The position numbers were made by a program, and so were the translations under genes. Below are positions 48,201 through 54,945 of a stretch of DNA of 64,000 nt, in pieces. The stretch spans positions 44,443 through 108,442 of the forward strand of contig JAUNFZ010000001.1 in NCBI GenBank assembly GCA_030524785.1. Direction: 5' to 3'. Source of the stretch: Eubacteriales bacterium. GTDB taxonomy: Bacteria > Bacillota > Clostridia > Lachnospirales > Lachnospiraceae. Positions within the stretch are counted from its first letter, which is position 1, and each line of letters opens with the position of its first letter. The notes below the pieces were generated by a model that saw only the letters and a list, made by a program, of their open reading frames with translations, had not been told where the DNA came from and did no database searches.

Positions 48201-48764
48201 AATATTCTGGGAGAACCAAATGCGCCTAAAATCTGCCGGCTGGCAGTGCTTCGTTATTATGTATTTCTCAAAAAGCCCAGCGCGGGTCAGCAGAAATGGA
48301 TGCATTATTTGTTGGAGCAGTTTATATCGGAGGGAATGTATTTTGCGTTTTATAAGAAGCTTTCGCCGAAGCTGCTGCGCCATTTCCACCTGCACGATAA
48401 ATATATTCTGGAGTACCGGACGAATCCGGAGTATCATGTGACGCTGTACTACCGGCTGAACGATGGAAAAGAGGCGTCGGTGCCGATGAAGAACACCTAT
48501 GAGGGGATTTTTACCGCCCAGTTTACACTGTTTTATCATGACCGGCTTACCTGGCGTCTGAGTGTGGAGGAGGAAAGCCTGGAAACTCAGCCGCAGACGC
48601 TGGTATGCGAGCAGAGGGCCCACCGGGGAGCGACGGGAAGATATGAGCTGATTAACCGGCTGTCAGAGGCGGTGGAAAAGCAGAATGAAAAACAGATACA
48701 GGAAATCAGCGAACAGTATATAGGGCAGCAGTATCTGGTGGATGAGCTGTTTACGATAAATTAG
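45237..48764 (+). CDS. large uncharacterised protein, 1175 aa (beta-rich N- and C-terminal segments flanking a long helical-repeat-like core)
   Basis: Uninterrupted 3.5-kb ORF. GTG start 5 nt after AGGAGA. I recognise no catalytic motif. First gene of a compact three-gene set. Confidence 0.8.
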   Translation: MKRRIDELLKEKFEYKPETLSLSPERIERQVPGFKRVTGKFSVSAAGSGILHGFVYSVNPRVTCPKNMFTGKKETLFYEADTRGMQSGDRLEGAFVICTTAGEYRLPYCMEIVGAEQKKERLDFLTPQEFAAAARNDFGEAYVKFASPDFADMAAAWGDTYRAAYEGTAGKSMNYHSLEQFLVAMEEKTPVSVTLETDHVCLRNPKDNDREEILLKKSTWGFAPVHISCDADFLTVERPEITTEEFVGSTYNLGYILHQDRLHAGRNFAKITVQTECRQQTCVVEVHCTAQAAAEKKGLQRRQEVLQLMNTYISYRAGRIGLGEWCGISLRCLDNFRKAGGNHIFLEMYRIYLLMMSGETVEAQMLLGELPKRKEELVIPWWKGCYLYLTTLGDAEKDYVDYVKNEIHELFLANQEQWILQWLMFRLNGNLYLNDTEKLDAIRRQYICGCNSPVMYLEAWEILKKEPLMLRNLEEFELHLLRFLCRENLVDRELSGQTAQLAGRVPSYHRLLYGILCSCFEKYPTKKLLTAICAMLIKGRKNTPEYADWFALGVRQDVRLAGMYEYYAQTAQDLNVRELPQTVRMYFSYNNTLDYEKKAAVYANIIRNRQKNPETYDAYRASMELFMEEQLQAGHINEDLALLYEALLTRMVMDARMAKGLAKALYTYEVICKNPQIRHVIVVHRQLAQEQRVMLVNGRACVQVYGKCRVFLEDRNGVRYGDASLFEMKKLLTRPVFEDYCREMEEEPEELILGDCCCQEGEPKITPQNVGRFVQMLKVSKICESYRNSIDEKLLLYYAENPKGEHLQEYLLLTDAQRLCMSHKAKLLELMTGEGMADTAYGLVQAFGSEGTAPGTLVRLCSWRIGETEGEQEEELLALCARCFAMHTYDESVLTYLMKYYEGPLETMKAIWQAGQTFLLEDFGLEERILVMVVFLRQGMEHTEDVFEGYWKKQGKAKLCRAYVVWMSYCSFVRQMDVKSQIFQYIEQNILGEPNAPKICRLAVLRYYVFLKKPSAGQQKWMHYLLEQFISEGMYFAFYKKLSPKLLRHFHLHDKYILEYRTNPEYHVTLYYRLNDGKEASVPMKNTYEGIFTAQFTLFYHDRLTWRLSVEEESLETQPQTLVCEQRAHRGATGRYELINRLSEAVEKQNEKQIQEISEQYIGQQYLVDELFTIN

Positions 48765-48802
48765 CCTCAGGCTACGAAAAGCAGGGAGAACAAAAAGAAC
48801 AG

Positions 48803-49948
48803 ATGGAAAAGACAATCATAGGACTTGATTTGGACAGGGAAAATGCACAGATTTCCTTTTATAACACAAGGAGCATGGAGCTGGAGACGGTGAGCACCGG
48901 CCAGAACTGCTATCTGATACCTACGCCGGAGGATCTTTTTCCTCTGATCGAGGAGAGCGTGGAGCTTGGATTGATGGCGCTGGCGAATTTCTTAAAAAGC
49001 TGTATTTCTCTTATCAAGCCTGCTGTCCGGATGGACATGGCCTGTATGATGGTGACGATGAAAGAGATGCGGCTGCCCTGGCCCGATGCCATCAGAGATG
49101 CCTGCGAGATGCTGGGAATGTGCCGGGAGGATGTATTTTTGCAGACCCATGCGGAAAGCTTCTGCAGTTATACGCTGAACCAGAAAAAGGACATCTGGAT
49201 GCGCCGGGTAGCGCTGTTTGAATATGAGGGCACAAAAATTTATCCCAGTGTACTTTCTGTGGATTACGGCACGAAGCCCGCGCTGGTGACGGTGGAGCAG
49301 AAAAAAGAAGTACAGATGGGTACGAAAGGGATCGGCACAGAGCAGGAGTGGAATGAAAAGCGCGATCGGTTGTTTCTTCAGGCCATAGAAGATACCTTTG
49401 GGGCGGAGAATTTTTCGGCTGCCTATCTGATCGGTGACAGCTTCGACAAATCCTGGGCAGTGGAATCGCTTCAGTTCCTCTGCCGGAGACGCCATGTGTT
49501 CCAGGGAAGAAACCTCTACACTAAGGGTGCCTGCTACGCCGCAATGCAGCGCATGGGCGTTGGAAAAAATCTGGACGCTTATCTCTATTACAGTGAAGAC
49601 ATGGTGGAGACGAATCTAAGTATGCGCATGGAAATCCGCGGGAAGGCGAGCAGCTATCTTTTAGTCAATGCAGGGGTGAACTGGTTTGAGGCGGGTCACA
49701 TCTGTGAATTTATTCCCGACGGCACGAACGAAATTGTGATTTATGGCCGCTCTATGCGGGGCGGAGATGCAGAGAGTTACAGTATTGTTCTGAAAGGGCT
49801 GCCCCAGAGACCGGGCCGCACAACGAGGCTCTGGCTTCAGGCGTCTTTTCTCTCTGCGAAGCGCTGTAAGATTACGATTCGTGATCTGGGCTTCGGAGAG
49901 TTCTATCCGCCCTCGGGCATGGTCTGGGAGAGCATTTTGGAGGTGTAA
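48803..49948 (+). CDS. uncharacterised protein, 381 aa, with Hsp70/actin (ASKHA)-like motif order but degenerate nucleotide-binding motifs
   Basis: MEKTIIGLDLDRENAQISF (cf. IIGIDLGTTNS), ...VFLQTHAESFCSY..., ...VALFEYEGTKIYPSVLSV (cf. VFDLGGGTFDVSIL), ...AAYLIGDSFDKSW..., ...NLYTKGACYAA (cf. NPDEAVALGAA). Confidence 0.75.
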   Translation: MEKTIIGLDLDRENAQISFYNTRSMELETVSTGQNCYLIPTPEDLFPLIEESVELGLMALANFLKSCISLIKPAVRMDMACMMVTMKEMRLPWPDAIRDACEMLGMCREDVFLQTHAESFCSYTLNQKKDIWMRRVALFEYEGTKIYPSVLSVDYGTKPALVTVEQKKEVQMGTKGIGTEQEWNEKRDRLFLQAIEDTFGAENFSAAYLIGDSFDKSWAVESLQFLCRRRHVFQGRNLYTKGACYAAMQRMGVGKNLDAYLYYSEDMVETNLSMRMEIRGKASSYLLVNAGVNWFEAGHICEFIPDGTNEIVIYGRSMRGGDAESYSIVLKGLPQRPGRTTRLWLQASFLSAKRCKITIRDLGFGEFYPPSGMVWESILEV

Positions 49949-49951
49949 TCT

Positions 49952-50749
49952 ATGGCGGAATATTATCTTTGCAGGACGGCAAGGGCACGTCATCCCTATT
50001 ATATTGAGAGCGTGGGTATAAATATCTGGTCAATTGAAGAATTGTGTTATTATATGCGGGAAAATGTATATCTGCTGGACGAGACGATCTTGAATGTAAA
50101 GCTGTGTGACTGGCTGGGGCAGGAACTGGGGCTGGAAAAACTTCGCCGGGTGATGATGCGGGCCCTGGAGTCTCAGGGCGGAGCGGAGGAGTTTGTCATG
50201 CCCATCTTTCAGGAGTGTGGTTATCTGACAGGGCCGGAGCTTTCCTGGTTTCATGAAAAGCTTATGCAGGTACAGATAGAACCCAGGGATGTGCGAAAGA
50301 AAATGAAAGCAGATTACCTGGTGAAATACGGGCTGTATGTCAGCGCATTGGAGGAGTACGACAAAATATTGAAGCGGCGTTCTCCGGGGCGTCTGGGTAT
50401 TCAGTTCTATGCCGCGGTATGCGAAAACATGGCTGCGGCCTATGCGAGAATGTTTCGCTTTGAGGAAGCGGCTGACTGCCTGTGGGCGTCCTACAGCGCG
50501 CTGAAATCCCGAAAAGTGTATGAAAAATATCTGAGGATTCTCCCGCTGTTTCTGCCGGAGCGCAAGTATCAGGAACGGCTGGAGGAAATCCGGGCGGACC
50601 GTGATCTGGCGGCGGCAATGAAAGAAGATACCGCTGCAATCCTTCAGGAGGCCCAGCAGAGTGATTTTGCGAAGGAATGGGCGCAGGAAGAAACGCCCCA
50701 GAGACTGGAGCGTTTGAAAAGGGAATATATTGCCTGTACGAAAAATTAG
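49952..50749 (+). CDS. uncharacterised protein, 265 aa, predicted mostly helical (TPR-like by eye)
   Basis: ATG 49952 lies 3 nt after the upstream stop, with GGAGGTG as RBS (translational coupling). I recognise no motif. Confidence 0.75.
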   Translation: MAEYYLCRTARARHPYYIESVGINIWSIEELCYYMRENVYLLDETILNVKLCDWLGQELGLEKLRRVMMRALESQGGAEEFVMPIFQECGYLTGPELSWFHEKLMQVQIEPRDVRKKMKADYLVKYGLYVSALEEYDKILKRRSPGRLGIQFYAAVCENMAAAYARMFRFEEAADCLWASYSALKSRKVYEKYLRILPLFLPERKYQERLEEIRADRDLAAAMKEDTAAILQEAQQSDFAKEWAQEETPQRLERLKREYIACTKN

Positions 50750-50754
50750 GGAAA

Positions 50755-51540
50755 TTACCCTTGTGTATATCTTGTAAGAAACTGCTTTGTGCGTTCTTCC
50801 TTTGGATGGTTTATCACTTCCCGGGCGTCACCCTGTTCTACAATAACGCCGCCATCCATAAAGATGACCTGATCCGCCACGTCCCGGGCAAAGGCCATTT
50901 CATGAGTGACGATAATCATGGTAGTTTTGCGGTCCGCCAGACTGCGGATGACCTTCAGCACTTCGCCAGTCAGCTCCGGGTCAAGGGCGGAGGTCGGTTC
51001 GTCAAAGCAGAGAATATCGGGCTTTAAAGCAAGAGCCCGGGCAATTGCAACACGCTGCTGCTGGCCTCCGGAAAGCTGATGGGGATAGTGGCTCTCCCTC
51101 TCGGAAAGACCCATCTGAGCCAGCAATTCCCGCCCGTGGGCGTTGATCTGTTCCAACAGCTCCTTTTTGCGCTGTTTGAAATCCGGCTGTTCCTTTGCGA
51201 GAAGACGTTCTGCAAGAGTGACATTTTCCAGCGCTGTGTACTGGGGAAACAGGTTGAAGGACTGAAACACCATGCCGAAATGCAGGCGTTTGGTGCGGAT
51301 GTCCTTTTCGTTTTCCGCCCTGGAGCGTCCGGCGTCAAACAGCGTAGCGCCTTTTACGGTGATGGTTCCCCGATCCGGCGTCTCAAGAAAATTCAGGCAC
51401 CGAAGCAGGGTGGTTTTTCCTGAACCGGAGGAACCGATAATCGCCAAAGCGCTGCCTTCATTCAGATCAAAGCTGACATTTTCCAGAACCTTAGTATTGT
51501 CAAAATGTTTTTCAATATTTTTCACTTCTAAAATCGCCAT
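50755..51540 (-). CDS. amino acid ABC transporter ATP-binding protein (GlnQ-like)
   Basis: MAILEVKNIEKHF...IIGSSGSGKTTLLRC...LSGGQQQRVAIARAL...LCFDEPTSALD. I prefer the internal ATG (51538-51540) of ORF 50755..51615. Confidence 0.93.
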   Translation of the reverse strand: MAILEVKNIEKHFDNTKVLENVSFDLNEGSALAIIGSSGSGKTTLLRCLNFLETPDRGTITVKGATLFDAGRSRAENEKDIRTKRLHFGMVFQSFNLFPQYTALENVTLAERLLAKEQPDFKQRKKELLEQINAHGRELLAQMGLSERESHYPHQLSGGQQQRVAIARALALKPDILCFDEPTSALDPELTGEVLKVIRSLADRKTTMIIVTHEMAFARDVADQVIFMDGGVIVEQGDAREVINHPKEERTKQFLTRYTQG

Positions 51541-51553
51541 GTACTCCGTCTCC

Positions 51554-52210
51554 TTATCTGAAATAATCCAGTCGTTTTTCGATATAGTTAAACAGCAGTG
51601 TGAGGATTCCCACAAAGATCAGATAAAACAGACCGCTATAAAACAGAGGCCACGTAAGGCCGTCCGACTTCATAAAGGAATAACCGGCGAAAGTAAGCTC
51701 CTGGGCGGCGATAATGCGCGCCAGTGAGGTATCTTTTACCAGAGTAATTACCTCATTGGACAGGGGAGGTACGACGCGTTTTACCATTTGAAGCAGAGTC
51801 ACCTTAAAAAAGATCTGGCTCTTGGTCATGCCAAGCACCTGCCCGGCTTCCCTCTGTCCCAGGGGTACGCCTTCAATACCGCCGCGGAAAATGACGGAAA
51901 AGTAGCAGGCGTAATTGATGGTAAAGGCCACGATTGTCGCAGTGATACGTCCGGCTTCGTTGCCGCCCCAGATATTATGTCCAAGCCAAAGGCCCGGTCC
52001 ATAGAAAATAATAATGAGCTGCAGCATCAGCGGAGTGCCGCGGATGATCCAGACAAGCACCTGGATCAGATACCGCAGCGGCTTCCATTTACTGATAATT
52101 CCGAAGGCCAGAATCAACCCCAGCGGCAGGGAAAATACCAGCGTCATGATAAAGATCTGAAAGGTAGTTCCCATGCCGGTCATCAGAGTTTTTGTTACAT
52201 TCCAAAGCAT
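51554..52210 (-). CDS. amino acid ABC transporter permease (HisM/GlnP family)
   Basis: 218 aa polytopic protein. ...RGTPLMLQLIIIFYG...EAGQVLGMTKSQIFFKV... Confidence 0.9.
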   Translation of the reverse strand: MLWNVTKTLMTGMGTTFQIFIMTLVFSLPLGLILAFGIISKWKPLRYLIQVLVWIIRGTPLMLQLIIIFYGPGLWLGHNIWGGNEAGRITATIVAFTINYACYFSVIFRGGIEGVPLGQREAGQVLGMTKSQIFFKVTLLQMVKRVVPPLSNEVITLVKDTSLARIIAAQELTFAGYSFMKSDGLTWPLFYSGLFYLIFVGILTLLFNYIEKRLDYFR

Positions 52211-52237
52211 AATCTTTCTCCTGTGAAAGAAATAGAT

Positions 52238-53023
52238 TTATTCTGCCGGAACAACGACTACCTGGGCGTTGTTGCAGTAAGCGTTCGTACATTCCATGGA
52301 GGAAGTTACTTCATTTGTCAGAGTCATGCCGTTCCACACGACGTCGATATTCTGCGCTTCCAGCTCCATGAGCTTGTTGTCCCAGTCGATTTCAACAAAT
52401 TCAGCTTCCACACCAAGCTTTTCTGCTACCAGCTTTGCCATGTCCGCGTCAAAACCGATCCATTCGCCGTTATCGTCCTTGTAATCCATAGGCGCAAAAT
52501 CAGTGATGCCCACAATCAGGGAACCCTTGTCCTGGATGTAAGCCACGTCGCCGTCCTCGTCGATATCGGCGTCCTCATCAATGGCAGCCTGCTCAACAAG
52601 AGCTTCCTGTACGCCGTATTCAGAAGCGATCTCCTGCATGGTGCCGTCGGCATAAGTATCTGCAAAAACTTTATTGATGTAAGCGGCCAGATCGGAACCC
52701 TTGCGGCAGCCAACGCCGTATTCCTCGGTGGTAAGCTCATCCGTGTGGGTGAGGTCAGGATAGCTGGTGCCTTCGCCGATCATAGCTCCTGCCATCAGAA
52801 GGTCGATAATCGCGGCGTCTGAAGTGCCGGAAGCCACTTCCATCAGAGCGTCTGCCTGGGAAGCAACAGAGTTAAATTCAAAACCATTGTCCTCGGCGGC
52901 TGCTTCTCCGGCAGAACCGGCCTCCACCGCATATACCATATCTTCGCTGGCGGCAGCTCCTGCGCCCAGCATAACTGATGCCATCATTGTTCCGCATAAT
53001 GCCAAAGCAAATTTCTTTTTCAT
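52238..53023 (-). CDS. amino acid ABC transporter substrate-binding protein with swapped half-domain order
   Basis: ATG at 53021-53023 after GGAGGA. Signal peptide MKKKFALALCGTMMASVMLGAGAAAS. Family-3 SBP motifs are present but C-half-like sequence precedes N-half-like sequence (see finding). Confidence 0.85.
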   Translation of the reverse strand: MKKKFALALCGTMMASVMLGAGAAASEDMVYAVEAGSAGEAAAEDNGFEFNSVASQADALMEVASGTSDAAIIDLLMAGAMIGEGTSYPDLTHTDELTTEEYGVGCRKGSDLAAYINKVFADTYADGTMQEIASEYGVQEALVEQAAIDEDADIDEDGDVAYIQDKGSLIVGITDFAPMDYKDDNGEWIGFDADMAKLVAEKLGVEAEFVEIDWDNKLMELEAQNIDVVWNGMTLTNEVTSSMECTNAYCNNAQVVVVPAE

Positions 53024-53094
53024 AATCTTTTCCTCCGAATGATTTATTCCCGCACACAGCAGCTCAAAAGAACCTGCCTGCACGGACATTTAGT

Positions 53095-53123
53095 ATATTA
53101 CCATAGTAAAGCGATAAAGTAAA
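53095..53123 (-). promoter_or_regulatory. possible sigma-A promoter of the amino-acid ABC operon
   Basis: Minus strand: TTTACT (53118-53123), 17-nt spacer, TAATAT (53095-53100). Confidence 0.4.
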
Positions 53124-53135
53124 GGAAAATTTATC

Positions 53136-53164
53136 TTGTAATTTGCGGGAGGCTGTTTTATAAT
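53136..53164 (+). promoter_or_regulatory. sigma-A type promoter pointing toward purF
   Basis: TTGTAA (53136-53141), 17-nt spacer, TATAAT (53159-53164). Confidence 0.55.
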
Positions 53165-53198
53165 CGTCCTGTAAAAACAATCATTGCGACTCGATGGG

Positions 53199-53250
53199 GA
53201 GAACAGGCTGCCGGCTGCGCGTTTTGCCGGGGAAAATGTTCTCTTTTTTC
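53199..53250 (+). terminator. intrinsic-terminator-like hairpin in the purF upstream region
   Basis: GAGAACA...TGTTCTC outer stem with an inner CCGGC/GCCGG stem, followed by TTTTTTC. It starts only about 35 nt downstream of the predicted start site. Confidence 0.55.
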
Positions 53251-53425
53251 ATTAAGAAAAATGTTGCTTACGCGACGCATTTGCGGCGCTAAATCTCGCA
53301 GCAATCCGTGTAATCATAAATTCGGGTGTTTCGACACCCAAATCATCATAGGAAACTGCGTTTCCATGATACAAAGGATGCGCACCTCGAGGAGAAGAAG
53401 TTAGCTTTAGACAGCACTGCTTGGA

Positions 53426-53464
53426 CGCGAAAGTATGTGGCAAGCGCACACTTTGTTTAACGGC
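53426..53464 (+). repeat. 39-nt intergenic motif, copy B (copy A at 31592-31630)
   Basis: See copy A. 33/39 identity, same strand, with G-U-compatible substitutions in the hairpin. Confidence 0.8.
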
Positions 53465-53495
53465 AGATGTATAGGACGGCGGAAGGGAGAAAAGC

Positions 53496-54944
53496 ATGAA
53501 TCAGAACTGGATTCACGAACAGTATGAGGAGGAAGAAAAGCTTCGGGAGGAATGTGGCGTTTTCGGCATGTATGATCTGGAAGGCCGGGATGTGGCGGCG
53601 CCTATCTATTATGGACTGTTTGCACTGCAGCACCGGGGACAGGAGAGCTGCGGCATTGCAGTCAGTGATACGAATGGGCCCAAAGGAAAGGTGAACTCCT
53701 GTAAAGGCATGGGGCTGGTGAACGAGGTATTTACCGGGGATACGCTGGAAAAGCTGAAGGGTGATATCGGCGTGGGCCATGTGCGGTATTCCACCGCCGG
53801 AGCCAGCAGCCGGGAAAACGCACAGCCCCTGGTGCTGAACTATATCAAAGGAACCCTGGGATTGGCCCACAACGGCAATCTGATCAACGCCGGGGAGCTT
53901 CGCCGGGAGCTGGAATACAGCGGCGCGATTTTCCAGACCACAATCGATTCAGAAGTGATTGCCTACCACATTGCCAGAGAGCGTATCGGCTCCAAAAATG
54001 TGGAGGAAGCTGTGGTGAAGGCCATGCGCAAGATCAGAGGGGCCTATTCTCTGGTTGTAATGTCGCCCCGAAAACTGATCGGCGCCAGAGATCCTTACGG
54101 ATTTAAGCCGCTCTGCATCGGCAGGCGGGACAGTGCTTACATTCTCGCCTCGGAAACCTGCGCCCTTGAAACGCTGGGGGCAGAATACATCCGCGACGTG
54201 GAGCCCGGGGAGGTGGTGGCGATCACCAGAGACGGCATTTCCTCCGACCGGAGCATGTGCCTGCCAAAAGAAAAACATGCCCGCTGTATTTTCGAGTATA
54301 TTTATTTTGCCAGGCCAGACAGCCATATCGATGGAGTCAGCGTGTATGGCTCCCGCATAAAAGCCGGACGTTTTCTTGCCATGGATTCCCCGGTGGAGGC
54401 AGATCTGGTGGTGGGAGTGCCGGAATCCGGCAACGCGGCGGCTCTGGGCTATTCCCTGCAGTCGGGTATTCCCTATGGCAGCGCCTTTGTGAAAAACGGA
54501 TATGTGGGGCGTACCTTTATCAAGCCCAAGCAAAGCAACCGGGAATCCAGCGTGAAGATCAAACTGAACGTGCTTCGGGAAGCGGTGGATGGGAAACGCG
54601 TGATCATGATCGACGACTCTATCGTGCGGGGCACCACCAGTGACAGAATTGTGCGCATGCTGCGGGAGGCCGGAGCCACCGAGGTACATATGCGCGTCAG
54701 TTCCCCGCCCTTTTTGTGGCCCTGCTATTTCGGCACGGACGTTCCGGCCAGGGAACAACTGATCGCCTACAACCGCTCTGTGGAGGATATCCGGCAGGTG
54801 ATCGGCGCCGACAGCCTTGGATATCTGCGAATTGAACGCCTGCGCGAAATGGTGGAGGGACTGGACATCTGTACGGGCTGCTTTACCGGAAAATATCCTA
54901 TGGAGCCGCCCACCGAAGACATCCGTGGAGATTATGACGCATAA
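53496..54944 (+). CDS. purF: amidophosphoribosyltransferase
   Basis: 482 aa. ...EECGVFGMYD (N-terminal nucleophile Cys after a propeptide), ...GVGHVRYSTAG..., ...MIDDSIVRGTT... PRPP motif, and a C-terminal Fe-S cysteine pattern. Confidence 0.96.
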   Translation: MNQNWIHEQYEEEEKLREECGVFGMYDLEGRDVAAPIYYGLFALQHRGQESCGIAVSDTNGPKGKVNSCKGMGLVNEVFTGDTLEKLKGDIGVGHVRYSTAGASSRENAQPLVLNYIKGTLGLAHNGNLINAGELRRELEYSGAIFQTTIDSEVIAYHIARERIGSKNVEEAVVKAMRKIRGAYSLVVMSPRKLIGARDPYGFKPLCIGRRDSAYILASETCALETLGAEYIRDVEPGEVVAITRDGISSDRSMCLPKEKHARCIFEYIYFARPDSHIDGVSVYGSRIKAGRFLAMDSPVEADLVVGVPESGNAAALGYSLQSGIPYGSAFVKNGYVGRTFIKPKQSNRESSVKIKLNVLREAVDGKRVIMIDDSIVRGTTSDRIVRMLREAGATEVHMRVSSPPFLWPCYFGTDVPAREQLIAYNRSVEDIRQVIGADSLGYLRIERLREMVEGLDICTGCFTGKYPMEPPTEDIRGDYDA

Positions 54945-54945
54945 T

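Noticed and set aside
53165-53495. Purine (guanine/adenine), ZTP/pfl or PRPP (ykkC-2b) riboswitch in the purF leader
   Set aside because: I searched by eye for the conserved cores (UAUAAUC...UUUCUACC...CCGUAAAU for purine; GGGUCGUGAC...CCGCCUGGGC for ZTP; CUAGGGUUCCG...GGUCCGAGAG for ykkC) and found none.
53252-53497. 81-aa minus-strand ORF upstream of purF
   Set aside because: No RBS, odd composition, and it coincides with a cluster of hairpins and the 39-nt repeat. A non-coding interpretation fits better.
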